A stretch of DNA of 40,157 nt from Prevotellaceae bacterium (GCA_031262995.1 JAISGR010000032.1:1-40157); one strand, 5' to 3'. Positions 8,425-18,334 are shown, numbered from the stretch's first letter. Program-made: numbers and translations. Notes: generated by a model not told the origin, from the sequence alone.

Positions 8425-9366
8425 TCAGCAGCCCTCTTCCCGCCGGTATTTCCCGGCTTTCTTCTCTTCGAGCATGCCGAGGTAGGAGGTATAGCGGGAA
8501 CGGCTGATGCGCTGCTCGTCGACGGCGCGCCGCACCGCACAACCCGGTTCGTTGCGGTGCGTGCAGTTGCCGTAGCGGCAGCCGGCAGCTGCTTCGAATA
8601 TCTCGGGGAAGTAATGACCGATCTCTTCCACCTCCATGTCGAACGTGCCGAAGCCTTTGATGCCGGGGGTGTCGATGAGGTAGCCCCCTTCGTTGCCGAA
8701 AGGGTACATCTCGGAGTAGGTGGTGGTGTGCATGCCCTTGTTGTGATAGGCTGAGATGTCGCCCGTTCTGATTTCCACGCCGGGCAACAGTTGCTTGATG
8801 AGTGTCGATTTGCCCACGCCCGAGTTGCCGGCAAGGAGCGTGACGTTCCCCTTCAGCGCTTCGCGGACGGCAGCTGTGCCCGCTCCCGTTCGGGCAGAGA
8901 GGGGGAGACAGGCGTAACCGATGGAGGAGTAGAGCCGGGTGAGGTTGTCCAACAGTTGCAGCTCTTCGGCATTGTAGAGGTCGATCTTGTTGAACAGCAG
9001 CGTAACCGGCACCCGATAAGCCTCGGCAGCCGCAAGGAACCGGTCGATAAAGGTGGTGGATGTTTCCGGATAGTTCACCGTGACGAGCAGCATGGCGCAG
9101 TCCAGATTGGCAGCCAGGATGTGCGACTGCTTGGAAAGGTTGGAGGCGCGGCGGATGATGTAGTTCCGCCGTTCCTCTATCTCGGTGATGAAGGCGGTGC
9201 CTTCGGGATTGGTGACGATGTGCACGTGGTCGCCCACCGCTACGGGATTGGTGCTTTTGATCTCCCTGAGTCGGAAGTTGCCTTTGACTTTACATTCGAT
9301 GCACGCGCCCGCTTCGGTTTTTACCAGATACCAGCTGCCGGTATTCTTGATAACGAGTCCTCTCAT
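8425..9366 (-). CDS. rsgA: Ribosome small subunit-dependent GTPase A
   Basis: Circularly permuted GTPase motifs [18 protein letters not shown] and DTPG, plus the Zn finger [14 protein letters not shown]. Confidence 0.97.
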   Translation of the reverse strand: MRGLVIKNTGSWYLVKTEAGACIECKVKGNFRLREIKSTNPVAVGDHVHIVTNPEGTAFITEIEERRNYIIRRASNLSKQSHILAANLDCAMLLVTVNYPETSTTFIDRFLAAAEAYRVPVTLLFNKIDLYNAEELQLLDNLTRLYSSIGYACLPLSARTGAGTAAVREALKGNVTLLAGNSGVGKSTLIKQLLPGVEIRTGDISAYHNKGMHTTTYSEMYPFGNEGGYLIDTPGIKGFGTFDMEVEEIGHYFPEIFEAAAGCRYGNCTHRNEPGCAVRRAVDEQRISRSRYTSYLGMLEEKKAGKYRREEGC

Positions 9367-9374
9367 CGGGCTGT

Positions 9375-9935
9375 TTATACCGTCATGATTTCTTTCTCTT
9401 TCTTCTCCAACATCTCATCAATCTGCTTGATGTACTTGTCGTGAATCTTCTGGAGCTTCTCTTCGCCTCCTTTTTGTGCATCCTCCGCAAGTCCCTCCTT
9501 CACCGCCTTCTTCAGGGCGTCGATGGCTTCACGTCGGGCGTTGCGCACGCTCATCTTGGCAGTCTCGCTTTCGCCTTTGCACTGTTTGGAGAGCTGTTTG
9601 CGTCGTTCTTCGGTCAGGGGCGGGATGCCGATGCGGATAATCTCGCCGTTGTTCTCGGGCATGATGCCGAGCGGGGAGTCGATGATGGCTTTTTCGATCA
9701 CCCGGAACATGTTCCTGTCCCACGGCTTGATGGCGATGCTGCGTGCATCGGGCGTGCTTACGGCAGCCACATTGTTGATGGGCACCATGCTGCCGTAAGA
9801 GTCTACGCGGATGCCGTCTATCAGGCGGACATCGGCTTTACCGGCGCGGATGTGCGCCAGGGTCTCTTCAAGATAGATGATGGCCATATCCATCATCTCT
9901 TGTGCTTCTTGCAAAATGTCTTTTACGTCTTTCAT
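9375..9935 (-). CDS. frr: Ribosome recycling factor
   Basis: [23 protein letters not shown] and SVRNARR; adjacent to pyrH. Confidence 0.97.
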   Translation of the reverse strand: MKDVKDILQEAQEMMDMAIIYLEETLAHIRAGKADVRLIDGIRVDSYGSMVPINNVAAVSTPDARSIAIKPWDRNMFRVIEKAIIDSPLGIMPENNGEIIRIGIPPLTEERRKQLSKQCKGESETAKMSVRNARREAIDALKKAVKEGLAEDAQKGGEEKLQKIHDKYIKQIDEMLEKKEKEIMTV

Positions 9936-9947
9936 CTCTTTACATAT

Positions 9948-10658
9948 TTAATTGTGAACGAGGGTACCGATGTGTTCGCCTGCCATCACCCGTTTGAGAT
10001 TGCCCGGAGTGTCCATGTCGAACACGATGATGGGCAGGTTGTTCTCCTTGCACATGCAGGTAGCGGTGAGATCCATCACCTTCAGTCCGCGGCGCAGCAC
10101 TTCGTCGTAGGTGATGTCGGGGAACTTCACGGCAGCGGGGTCTTTCTCGGGGTCGGCGGTGTAGATGCCGTCTACACGGGTGCCTTTGAGCATGACGTCG
10201 GCTTCGATCTCGATGCCGCGCAGCGACGAGCCGGTGTCGGTGGTAAAGAAGGGGTTGCCGGTTCCTGCGGAGAGGATCACAATCTCGCCTGCCTCCATGC
10301 ACTCGATGGCGCGCCACTTGCTATAGAACTCGCCTATCGGCTCCATGCGGACGGCGGTGAGCACCCGCGCCTTCACACCGGCAGCAGCCAGCGACGAGCT
10401 GAGTGCGAGGCTGTTGATAACGGTGGCAAGCATACCCATCTGGTCGCCCTTTACCCGGTCGAACCCTTTGCCGGCGCCGCTCAGTCCGCGGAAGATGTTC
10501 CCTCCGCCGATAACGATACCTATCTGTACGCCCATCCGGTGAATTTCCTTGATCTGCTCGGCATACAGGGCGAGGCGTTTCTCGTCGATGCCGTACTGTT
10601 TGTCGCCCATCAGACTTTCCCCGCTGAGCTTTAAGAGTATCCGTTTATACGTTGCCAT
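9948..10658 (-). CDS. pyrH: UMP kinase
   Basis: YKRILLKLSGESL, GGGNIFRG, GTGNPFFTTD and VMDLTA. Start at ATG 10658 (MATYKR). Confidence 0.97.
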   Translation of the reverse strand: MATYKRILLKLSGESLMGDKQYGIDEKRLALYAEQIKEIHRMGVQIGIVIGGGNIFRGLSGAGKGFDRVKGDQMGMLATVINSLALSSSLAAAGVKARVLTAVRMEPIGEFYSKWRAIECMEAGEIVILSAGTGNPFFTTDTGSSLRGIEIEADVMLKGTRVDGIYTADPEKDPAAVKFPDITYDEVLRRGLKVMDLTATCMCKENNLPIIVFDMDTPGNLKRVMAGEHIGTLVHN

Positions 10659-10681
10659 TTGGTAATTGTATGTTAATGGTG

Positions 10682-11314
10682 TTATTGATGTCCGATCGCT
10701 TCCAGCAGCATGGTGATGTTGTCGGTAAACATCTTCACCGCAATCGCCAGCAGGATGATGCCGAAGAACTTGCGGATGATGTAAACGCCGCTCTTGCCCA
10801 GCAATCGCTCTACGGGAGCGGTGAGACGCAGCACAACGTAAACCCAAATCAGATTGAGTATCAAGGCAATGATGATATTGATATCGGCATACATGGAGCG
10901 AAACGAAAGCAGGGTGGTGAACGATGCCGCTCCTGCCAGCAACGGAAACACCAACGGCACCAGCGTTGCCTCCTTGATGGGACCCTGGTTCTTGAATATC
11001 TCCACGTCCAGAATCATTTCCAGCGCCATGAGGAAGATGACAACCGCACCTGCCACGGCGAAAGATTCAATATCTACATTGAACAGCCTGAGCAAGCCGT
11101 CGCCTACATAAAAGAAACCGAGCAACAGTGCGAACGAGATGAGGGTCGCTTTCGTCGCATTGACTTCCAAACCCTTTTCGCGCAGACTGATAATAATAGG
11201 GATGGAACCTATAATATCTATGACAATGGCAAGCCCTATGAAGGCTGTGAACATCTCTTGAAGATTAAAACCGGCAAACGATTCTTTAATCATGCCAAAC
11301 ACCGTATCAAACAT
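10682..11314 (-). CDS. MarC-family integral membrane protein
   Basis: IDIIGSIP, SFAVAG, LVPLVFPLLAGAASFTTLL and RKFFGIILLAIAVK. Start at ATG 11314 (MFDTV). Confidence 0.9.
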   Translation of the reverse strand: MFDTVFGMIKESFAGFNLQEMFTAFIGLAIVIDIIGSIPIIISLREKGLEVNATKATLISFALLLGFFYVGDGLLRLFNVDIESFAVAGAVVIFLMALEMILDVEIFKNQGPIKEATLVPLVFPLLAGAASFTTLLSFRSMYADINIIIALILNLIWVYVVLRLTAPVERLLGKSGVYIIRKFFGIILLAIAVKMFTDNITMLLEAIGHQ

Positions 11315-11344
11315 GCTTATGCCTTTTACTTGATTAATTTGGCG

Positions 11345-11352
11345 CAAAGGTA
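11345..11352 (-). promoter_or_regulatory. Bacteroidota -7 element (TACCTTTG) for marC-pyrH-frr-rsgA
   Basis: TAnnTTTG on the minus strand, about 30 bp upstream of ATG 11314. Confidence 0.7.
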
Positions 11353-11432
11353 GCAAAAAAAATAACAGATAATCTAAGTTAATAAAACAAAAACATCAGG
11401 TTCTTTGTATCGCATAGTACCAATACTATACC

Positions 11433-11440
11433 TATTTTTG
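11433..11440 (+). promoter_or_regulatory. Bacteroidota -7 element (TATTTTTG) for padR-pspC
   Basis: TAnnTTTG match, with TTTG at 11404-11407 upstream. Confidence 0.6.
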
Positions 11441-11479
11441 TGCCATGCAAACAAGTATTCTCTCATTAAACAATTTAAT

Positions 11480-11812
11480 ATGAATGTAGACAATGTGAAA
11501 TCGCAAATGCGCAAAGGCATGTTGGAGTATTGCATTCTGCTGCTGTTGCATCAGGAGGCAGCCTACGCTTCGGACATCATTCAGAAACTGAAAGAGGCGC
11601 ATCTGATAGTGGTGGAAGGCACCCTTTACCCACTGCTCACCCGCCTGAAAAACGACGGACTGCTGAGTTACGATTGGGTGGAATCCACCCAGGGACCTCC
11701 CCGCAAGTATTATCGCCTCGCAGATTCGGGAGAATCCTTTCTCTGCGAACTGGAACAGGCATGGAGCGAGCTGAACAACACCGTTAATCACTTAAAAGAG
11801 ATAAAACAATGA
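11480..11812 (+). CDS. PadR-family transcriptional regulator
   Basis: QMRKGMLEYCIL, EGTLYPLLTRL and GPPRKYY. Start at ATG 11480. Confidence 0.95.
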   Translation: MNVDNVKSQMRKGMLEYCILLLLHQEAAYASDIIQKLKEAHLIVVEGTLYPLLTRLKNDGLLSYDWVESTQGPPRKYYRLADSGESFLCELEQAWSELNNTVNHLKEIKQ

Positions 11813-12882
11813 AGAAGACACTCACCGTAAACTTGGCAGGTATCGTCTTTCACATCGACGAAGATGCATATAGCCTGCTCGACAACTATCTGAGCAATCT
11901 GCGCCTGCACTTCAACCGGCAAGCCGGGGTGGAGGAGATTATTGACGACATCGAACGCCGCATTGCCGACCTGTTCGGCGAAAAGCTCACCGGCGGCAAG
12001 CAAGTTGTCTCCATTGCCGATGTGGAGGAGATCATCGCCCGCATCGGACAGCCCGAAGAGATGGAGGCGGAAACCGGCAACCGACAGTCGGCTGAATCGC
12101 AGCAGAAGAAACAATCGTCCGAACGCACTTATGCTACGCACCGCCGGCTCTATCGCGACCCCGACAACAAGGTGTTGGGCGGTGTAGCCGGCGGGTTGGC
12201 TGCCTATTTCGGTTGCGACGTGACACCCCTCCGCCTCATCTTCCTGTTGCTGCTCATTGCCAGTGTGGGCGTCTCGACCATTATCTACCTGGTGTGCTGG
12301 CTCTTCATCCCCGAGGCACACACGGCAGCCGAAAAGCTGAACATGCGGGGCGAAGCCGTCACGGTGGAGAACATCGGAAAGACCGTGACCGACGGCTTCG
12401 AACGGGTCTACAACGGGGTGAACGACTACATCCGCTCCGGTCGTCCGCGCACCGCCTGGCAACGATTGGGCGACGGATTGGTTGCGGTCATCGGGTTCTG
12501 CCTGAAGGTGCTGCTGGTCATCTTCGCCATCTGTTGCAGCCCCTTGCTGATTGTCTTTGCCGTGGTGTTTGTCTCGCTCATCTTTGCCGCTGTCATGGTG
12601 GCAGTCGGCGGTGGAGCCGCGCTCATCTCTCTCTTCCCCATGATAGACTGGTCGTTGTCCGCACAGCCGCTGACTGCCATCGTGTTGTATCTTGCCGGTG
12701 TGCTGATGGCAGGGATTCCCCTGATCAGCCTCGTTTACCTCATCTTCCGCCTGCTGTTCAACTGGAAACCGGTCGGCAACGGATTGAAATGGACATTGCT
12801 CATCTTGTGGCTGGTCAGCCTCGTGATTTTCTATGTCTGCTTTGCGCAGGTGGGATATGACTGGCCTACGCTCTATTCCTAA
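11809..12882 (+). CDS. PspC domain-containing membrane protein
   Basis: N-terminal MKKTLTVNLAGIVFHIDEDAY, PspC motif RRLYRDPDNKVLGGVAGGLAAYF and several TM segments. ATGA overlap with padR. Confidence 0.92.
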   Translation: MKKTLTVNLAGIVFHIDEDAYSLLDNYLSNLRLHFNRQAGVEEIIDDIERRIADLFGEKLTGGKQVVSIADVEEIIARIGQPEEMEAETGNRQSAESQQKKQSSERTYATHRRLYRDPDNKVLGGVAGGLAAYFGCDVTPLRLIFLLLLIASVGVSTIIYLVCWLFIPEAHTAAEKLNMRGEAVTVENIGKTVTDGFERVYNGVNDYIRSGRPRTAWQRLGDGLVAVIGFCLKVLLVIFAICCSPLLIVFAVVFVSLIFAAVMVAVGGGAALISLFPMIDWSLSAQPLTAIVLYLAGVLMAGIPLISLVYLIFRLLFNWKPVGNGLKWTLLILWLVSLVIFYVCFAQVGYDWPTLYS

Positions 12883-12905
12883 GTACACTTCCCCTTCCTG
12901 TCAAT

Positions 12906-12941
12906 GAGATGCGCTACTCGTTCCATTGAGTAGCGCATCTC
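12906..12941 (+). terminator. 14-bp stem hairpin after the pspC gene (probable terminator)
   Basis: GAGATGCGCTACTC-N8-GAGTAGCGCATCTC followed by GTTTC. The U-tract is weak. Confidence 0.55.
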
Positions 12942-12953
12942 GTTTCATTGAGG

Positions 12954-13083
12954 GGAAGACGGATCGTCTCCGCCTCGGAAGACGGATCGTCTTCCCCTCG
13001 AAAGACGGATCGTCTTCCCCTCGAAAGACGGATCGTCTTCCCCTCGGAAGACGGATCGTCTTCGCCTCGGAAGACGGATCGTC
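12954..13083. repeat. Tandem array of about 5.6 copies of a 23-bp palindromic unit G(G/A)AAGACG-GAT-CGTCT(T/C)C(C/G)CCTC
   Basis: Units start at 12954, 12977, 13000, 13023, 13046 and 13069 (partial). There are no unique spacers. Confidence 0.95.
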
Positions 13084-13106
13084 CCCATGACTGTAACTCG
13101 GGAAAC

Positions 13107-13147
13107 AAAAAGAGTGCCTGCACAGACAAAGCGGTGTGCAGGCACTC
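13107..13147 (-). terminator. Intrinsic terminator for pheT-yebC
   Basis: 13-bp stem GAGTGCCTGCACA / TGTGCAGGCACTC (13112-13147) followed on the minus strand by TTTTTG. Confidence 0.8.
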
Positions 13148-13183
13148 ATGGTGTGAGGGGATGTATGGAAGAAGAGGGAACGG

Positions 13184-13915
13184 TTACTCCTCTTCGGGTT
13201 TCATATTGGTGTACACGGTTTGTACATCGTCGAACTCTTCGAGGCGCTCTACCATTTTGTTGAGTGTTTCGCGCTGTTCGGGGGTTACCTCTTTCATATC
13301 GTTGGGGATGTAGGTAAACTCTCCGCCCACGTCTTCGAATCCGCTCTCTTCGAGGTGTTTCTGTATGGCAGCGTAGCTTTTGGGGTCGCCGTAGATGGTG
13401 ATGGTGGCTTCTTCGGGGTCTTCGTCATATTCGTCGTCTACGTCGTAGTCGATGAGGTCGAGGATGAGTTCTTCCATGTCCACGTCGTCTTTCTTCTTGA
13501 AGGTGAACATGCACTTGTGGTCGAAGAGGAATGCGAGCGACCCCATGGTGCCGAGGTTTCCTCCGAACTTGTTGAACACCGAGCGCACGTCTGCCACGGT
13601 GCGGGTGGTGTTGTCGGTGAGCGTGTCGACAAAGACGGCGATGCCGTGCGGACCGTAGCCTTCGTAGGTCATGCCTTTGTATTCGCTCTGGTCTTTGCCC
13701 ATGGCGTTCTTGATGGCGCGGTCGATATTGTCTTTCGGCATATTCTCGCGCTTGCACGTAGCGATCACCGAACGCAGCGTGGGGTTATTCTCGGGTTCCG
13801 GTCCACCTGCCTTTACGGCGATGGCTATCTGTTTGCCCAGACGGGTGAAAGTCTTGGCCATGTGCCCCCAGCGTTTCATCTTGGCGGCTTTTCTATATTC
13901 AAATGCTCTTCCCAT
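13184..13915 (-). CDS. YebC/PmpR-family protein
   Basis: MGRAFEYRK, GGPEPENNPTL, MPKDNIDRAI, YEGYGPHG, TDNTTRT and DDVQTVYTN. Confidence 0.96.
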   Translation of the reverse strand: MGRAFEYRKAAKMKRWGHMAKTFTRLGKQIAIAVKAGGPEPENNPTLRSVIATCKRENMPKDNIDRAIKNAMGKDQSEYKGMTYEGYGPHGIAVFVDTLTDNTTRTVADVRSVFNKFGGNLGTMGSLAFLFDHKCMFTFKKKDDVDMEELILDLIDYDVDDEYDEDPEEATITIYGDPKSYAAIQKHLEESGFEDVGGEFTYIPNDMKEVTPEQRETLNKMVERLEEFDDVQTVYTNMKPEEE

Positions 13916-13948
13916 TGGATTTATTATTAAAAGATTAAATGCGTATGA

Positions 13949-16411
13949 TTATCGGAGCTTGGCGCCGAGCCTGTTTTGCAGGTTGGCGATGAGCTTCGAC
14001 ATGATTTTGTCTATGGTTTTGTCGTTGAGCGTCTGCGTTTCGTCTTGCAGCAGGAAGCTCACGGCGTAGGATTTCTTGCCGGGTTCGAGGTTCTTGCCTT
14101 CGTACACGTCGAAGAGCGTCACGGCTTTGAGGAGCTTCTTCTCGGTCTCGTAGGCAATCTTCTCGATGTCGGCAAAGGGCACATGCTTATCGAGCAGCAG
14201 GGCGAGGTCGCGCTTCACGGCGGGGTAGCGCGGCACGTCGGCAAAGAGTGTCTTCACCGTGCGGACGGCACGCAGCAGCTCTTTCCAGTCGAGTTCGGCA
14301 AAGCAGACCTCGTTGTCGATGTCGAAAGCGCGCCGGATCTTCTTGGTGACGGTGCCCAGCGTGGCAAGCAGCTTGCCGCCTCGCGTATGGATGGTGAGGG
14401 CGGTGGCATAGATGTCGTTGCTGAGGGTGGCAGTGACAAGGCTCCGCATGTCCAATCCCAAGCGGCGGAAGATGTTCTCCACGCAAGCCTTCAGTTCGTA
14501 CACCGAAGTGGCTTCGTCGGGATGTGCCCATGAGCCGGAAACCTTCTTGCCGGTGAGCCAGATGCCCAGGTGATGGCTTTCGCGATAGGCTGCCAACGGC
14601 TTCTCGGGATGCTTCTTCTCTGCGTCGAAGGTGTAGCAGTTGCCATACTCGAAGAGTCTCAGGTCGGCATTCTTGCGGTTGATGTTGCGGGCAATGCTCT
14701 CCAGACCACCGAAGAGGAGGGTTTGCCGCATCACGCTCAGGTCGGCGCTCAGCGGATTGAGCAGGCGCACCAGCTTGTCGGACGGGCAGGCAGCCAAACC
14801 GTCGTAGTAGGCTGTGCGGGTGAGCGAGTTGTTCAGTATCTCGTTGAATCCGCCACCCACCAGCTGTTCGGCGACGAGGTTTTGCAGCCGGTTCGACTTG
14901 TCCACCTCGGTTTGGGTGGTGAGGCTCGACTGCAGGGTGGTGGGAATCTCTACGTTGTTGTAGCCGTAGATGCGCAACACATCTTCCACCACGTCGCATT
15001 CGCGCTGCACATCCACCCGGTAGGGCGGCACGGCGAGCGACAACCCTTCGGGCGTTTCGGCAGTGATCTTCATCTCCAGCGACGTGACGATGCGTTGGAT
15101 GGTTGCCGGCGGGATGACTTTCCCGACCAGGGCGTACACCTTATTATACAGGATGTCTACCGGGAAATCGCGGGCGGGCACGGGGCACACATCCTTTATC
15201 TCGGAGGAGATGGTTCCGCCTGCCAGCTCTTTCACCATGAGTGCTGCCAGCTTGAGGCAATAGCCGGTGATGTTGGGGTCAATGCCGCGTTCGAACCGGA
15301 ACGAGGCGTCGGTGTTCAGTCCGTGTCGGCGTGCCGTCTTCCGCACCCATGTGGGATGGAAGTAGGCGCTTTCGAGGAATACGCTCGTGGTCGTCTCGGT
15401 AGAGCCGGAATCCAATCCGCCGAAGACGCCGGCGATACACATGGCTTCGCGGGTATTGCATATCATCAGGTCGCGGTCGCTCAGCTTACGCTCCACGCCG
15501 TCGAGGGTGACAAACGGAGTGCCTTCGGGCAGGGTCTTTACGATGACTTCGCCGCCTGTTATCTTGTCGGCATCGAAGCAGTGCAGCGGCTGACCGAAAG
15601 CGTGAACGATATAGTTGGTGATGTCGACCACATTGTTGATGGGGCGCACGCCGATGGTACGGAGCGCCTGTTGCAGCCATTCGGGACTCTCCTTCACGGT
15701 GACACCCTTCACGGTGACGCCGGCATACCGGGGACAGGCTTCACTGTTCTCCACGGTCACGCGGATGTCGAGGTCGTGATTGTCGACGGTGAAGTGTTCG
15801 ACGGAAGGGCGTTGCAGGGTGGCGTTGTGTCCGTTCTGCACCAACCAGGCGTACAGGTCGCGTGCCACTCCGTAGTGCGAGCAGGCATCGGCGCGATTGG
15901 GAGTGATGTCCACCTCGAGCAGGTAGTCGCTTTGGATGTGATAATACGTTTTGGCAGGTGTGCCCGGTACGGCGTCGTCGGGCAGTACGATGATGCCCGC
16001 ATGGCTGGTACCGATACCGATTTCGTCTTCGGCGCAAATCATGCCGACCGAATCGATGCCGCGCAGTTTCGACTTCTTGATGGTAAACTCCTCGTCGCCG
16101 TTGTAGAGCTTGGTTCCGAGTGTAGCCACCACAACCTTTTGTCCGGCGGCTACGTTGGGTGCGCCGCACACAATCTGCACCGGTTCGCCCGCTCCCAGGT
16201 CGACGGTGGTAACGTGCATGTGGTCGGAGTTGGGGTGAGGGACGCAGGTAAGCACTTTGCCGATGACGATGCCTTCAAGCCCTCCCTTGATGGTTTGCAC
16301 CTCTTCTACACTTCCTGTTTCCAGCCCGACAGAGGTAAGCGCCGCTGCCACCTCTTCGGCAGTCAGCGAAAAGTCGACATACTTTTTCAGCCAATTATAG
16401 GAGATATTCAT
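13949..16411 (-). CDS. pheT: Phenylalanine--tRNA ligase beta subunit
   Basis: MNISYNWL, IVCGAPNV, ITPNRADA, DASFRFERG and RYPAVKRDLALL; 820 aa. Confidence 0.98.
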   Translation of the reverse strand: MNISYNWLKKYVDFSLTAEEVAAALTSVGLETGSVEEVQTIKGGLEGIVIGKVLTCVPHPNSDHMHVTTVDLGAGEPVQIVCGAPNVAAGQKVVVATLGTKLYNGDEEFTIKKSKLRGIDSVGMICAEDEIGIGTSHAGIIVLPDDAVPGTPAKTYYHIQSDYLLEVDITPNRADACSHYGVARDLYAWLVQNGHNATLQRPSVEHFTVDNHDLDIRVTVENSEACPRYAGVTVKGVTVKESPEWLQQALRTIGVRPINNVVDITNYIVHAFGQPLHCFDADKITGGEVIVKTLPEGTPFVTLDGVERKLSDRDLMICNTREAMCIAGVFGGLDSGSTETTTSVFLESAYFHPTWVRKTARRHGLNTDASFRFERGIDPNITGYCLKLAALMVKELAGGTISSEIKDVCPVPARDFPVDILYNKVYALVGKVIPPATIQRIVTSLEMKITAETPEGLSLAVPPYRVDVQRECDVVEDVLRIYGYNNVEIPTTLQSSLTTQTEVDKSNRLQNLVAEQLVGGGFNEILNNSLTRTAYYDGLAACPSDKLVRLLNPLSADLSVMRQTLLFGGLESIARNINRKNADLRLFEYGNCYTFDAEKKHPEKPLAAYRESHHLGIWLTGKKVSGSWAHPDEATSVYELKACVENIFRRLGLDMRSLVTATLSNDIYATALTIHTRGGKLLATLGTVTKKIRRAFDIDNEVCFAELDWKELLRAVRTVKTLFADVPRYPAVKRDLALLLDKHVPFADIEKIAYETEKKLLKAVTLFDVYEGKNLEPGKKSYAVSFLLQDETQTLNDKTIDKIMSKLIANLQNRLGAKLR

Positions 16412-16447
16412 GTCACAATATTATTTGTAGTTTCTGAAAATGACGCG

Positions 16448-16455
16448 CAAAGGTA
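16448..16455 (-). promoter_or_regulatory. Bacteroidota -7 element (TACCTTTG) for pheT
   Basis: TAnnTTTG on the minus strand upstream of ATG 16411. Confidence 0.7.
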
Positions 16456-16552
16456 CAAGTTTTTTGGCAACTGCCTCGTTTCAACAAGCTAAATATTACA
16501 GGGTAACCCGAATGGCAGATTGTAGATTATGGTCATCCGCACAGTGGGATGT

Positions 16553-18214
16553 TCATGGCGCTTCCTGGTACATAAACCGTTTGACGGACTTCTTTGCCGT
16601 CTTCTCGAACTCTTCGAAGTGGACTTTCACTTTGGCTATCTGGCAGTAGTTGGGCAACACGCGGTTCAATTCCGTGCGGTGACTTTCCATGGTTCGTTCA
16701 ATATCGTCCTGCTTCAGTCCGTGTGCAAAGGCTTCGTCGAAATCGGGATAGATCAGCGCCACTATCTTCTGCTGTTGCAGCAGCACCAGCGATTCTGCCA
16801 CGTAGGGCATGTTGTTCAGTTTGCTCTCTATCTCTTCGGGGTAGATGTTCTGCCCGCTCGAGGTGAGCAGCATGTTCTTGCTGCGCCCGAGCAGGGTGAC
16901 AAATCCGTCGCGGTCGATGGTTCCCAGGTCGCCGGTGTGCAGCCAGCCGTCGCTGTCGATCACCTCGGCGGTGATGCCCGGTTCTTTGTAGTAACCCAGC
17001 ATCAGGTTGGTGCCGCGGCACAGCAGTTCGCCCACTGTATGTTCCGGGTCGGGCGAATCGATGCGCACTTCCATGCGCGAGGCGGCAGTTCCGCACGAGC
17101 CTTGCTTCAAGTGCTCCCAGCGATGGGCAGTGATGAACGGGCCGCATTCCGTCATGCCGTATCCCACGGTATAAGGGAACCGGATCTCCTTGAGGAAGCG
17201 CTCCACCTCGGCATTCAGCGGCGCTCCGCCAATGATAATCTGGTCGAAGTGGTCGCCGAACATCTTCATGGCTTCCCGCCGGACATGTGCCCGGATGCGG
17301 TCGTTGATGATCGGGACGGAGAGCAACAGGTTGTCTACTTTGTTGTCGATACGGGGCAAGATGTGCTTCTTGATGATTTTCTCCACAATCAGCGGCACAC
17401 AGGCGATGCTGCGCGGTTTGATTTCGGCAAACGACTCTACGACCACCTTCGGAGAGGGCATGCGTGTAAGGAAATAGAGGTGCGCCCCTGCCGAGAAGCC
17501 GTACAGGAAATCGGCAGACATGCCGAAGACATGTGCCATGGGAAGTATGGCAACCAGCTTGTCGCCGGGATTCAGCCGGAACAGTTCCGATGCGTAGGCG
17601 ATATTCGACCACAGACAGCGGTAAGGCAGCATCACGCCCTTCGAATAGCCGGTGGTACCCGACGTATAGTTGATAACCGCTAGCTCCTCGGGGTCGGCAC
17701 GGTAGTAGCTGATGTGTTCGGGACGGAAGTTCCGGGGATAGCGTTTCCCATAGAGCACGTTGCGGTGTTCCATTGACTCTACCAGCCGGTCGCAACGCTG
17801 GTACACGATAGAGAAATCGGTCATCAGCACCACTCCCAATAGCCCGGGCATGGCATGCTCATTCAGGTTCTCCCATACGCGGTCGCCCACAAAGAGCAGG
17901 CGCGCTTCGGAGTGATTCACGATGTGGTGGATATTGTCGGCTTTGAACTCATGCAGGATGGGTACTATCACCGCTCCATAAGTAAGCGCAGCCAGAAAGA
18001 CCACCCCCCAATGCGCGCTGTTGCGCCCGCATACGGCAATCTTGTCGCCCGGACGAATGCCGGCTGCTTCGAACACGAGGTGAAACTTGGCTATCTTGCG
18101 TGCCACATCCTTGTACTGCAAGGTGGCTCCCCGATAATCGGTAAAAGCATTCCGGTTCCAATTATCGACAATGCTGCTTTCGATGTAATCAATGAATTGT
18201 TCTTTCGGTTTCAT
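16553..18214 (-). CDS. Long-chain-fatty-acid--CoA ligase (AMP-binding family)
   Basis: YTSGTTGYSKGVML, GYGMTECGP, GWLHTGDLG and GQNIYPEEIE. Start at ATG 18214 (MKPKEQ). Confidence 0.93.
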   Translation of the reverse strand: MKPKEQFIDYIESSIVDNWNRNAFTDYRGATLQYKDVARKIAKFHLVFEAAGIRPGDKIAVCGRNSAHWGVVFLAALTYGAVIVPILHEFKADNIHHIVNHSEARLLFVGDRVWENLNEHAMPGLLGVVLMTDFSIVYQRCDRLVESMEHRNVLYGKRYPRNFRPEHISYYRADPEELAVINYTSGTTGYSKGVMLPYRCLWSNIAYASELFRLNPGDKLVAILPMAHVFGMSADFLYGFSAGAHLYFLTRMPSPKVVVESFAEIKPRSIACVPLIVEKIIKKHILPRIDNKVDNLLLSVPIINDRIRAHVRREAMKMFGDHFDQIIIGGAPLNAEVERFLKEIRFPYTVGYGMTECGPFITAHRWEHLKQGSCGTAASRMEVRIDSPDPEHTVGELLCRGTNLMLGYYKEPGITAEVIDSDGWLHTGDLGTIDRDGFVTLLGRSKNMLLTSSGQNIYPEEIESKLNNMPYVAESLVLLQQQKIVALIYPDFDEAFAHGLKQDDIERTMESHRTELNRVLPNYCQIAKVKVHFEEFEKTAKKSVKRFMYQEAP

Positions 18215-18251
18215 ACTACTACGTTTAATGCGCATTTTATTGAAAACTGTG

Positions 18252-18259
18252 CAAAAGTA
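18252..18259 (-). promoter_or_regulatory. Bacteroidota -7 element (TACTTTTG) for the acyl-CoA ligase
   Basis: TAnnTTTG on the minus strand. It lies upstream of both candidate starts (18235 and 18214). Confidence 0.65.
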
Positions 18260-18334
18260 GCCTATTCCGAAATATCGGACAATGAAGCAGGGGTATTCTT
18301 CCCTGATATAGCGAAAGAAAGAGAAAAAGAGAAC

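Noticed and set aside
12954-13083. Possible CRISPR array (palindromic 23-bp repeats)
   Set aside because: Units are head-to-tail with no unique spacers, and there are no cas genes or AT-rich leader nearby.
12901-13313. Small ORFs with repeated peptides (RGEDDPSS, KTIRL, GRRSVF)
   Set aside because: These are translations of the 23-bp DNA repeat cycling through frames, bounded by terminator hairpins.
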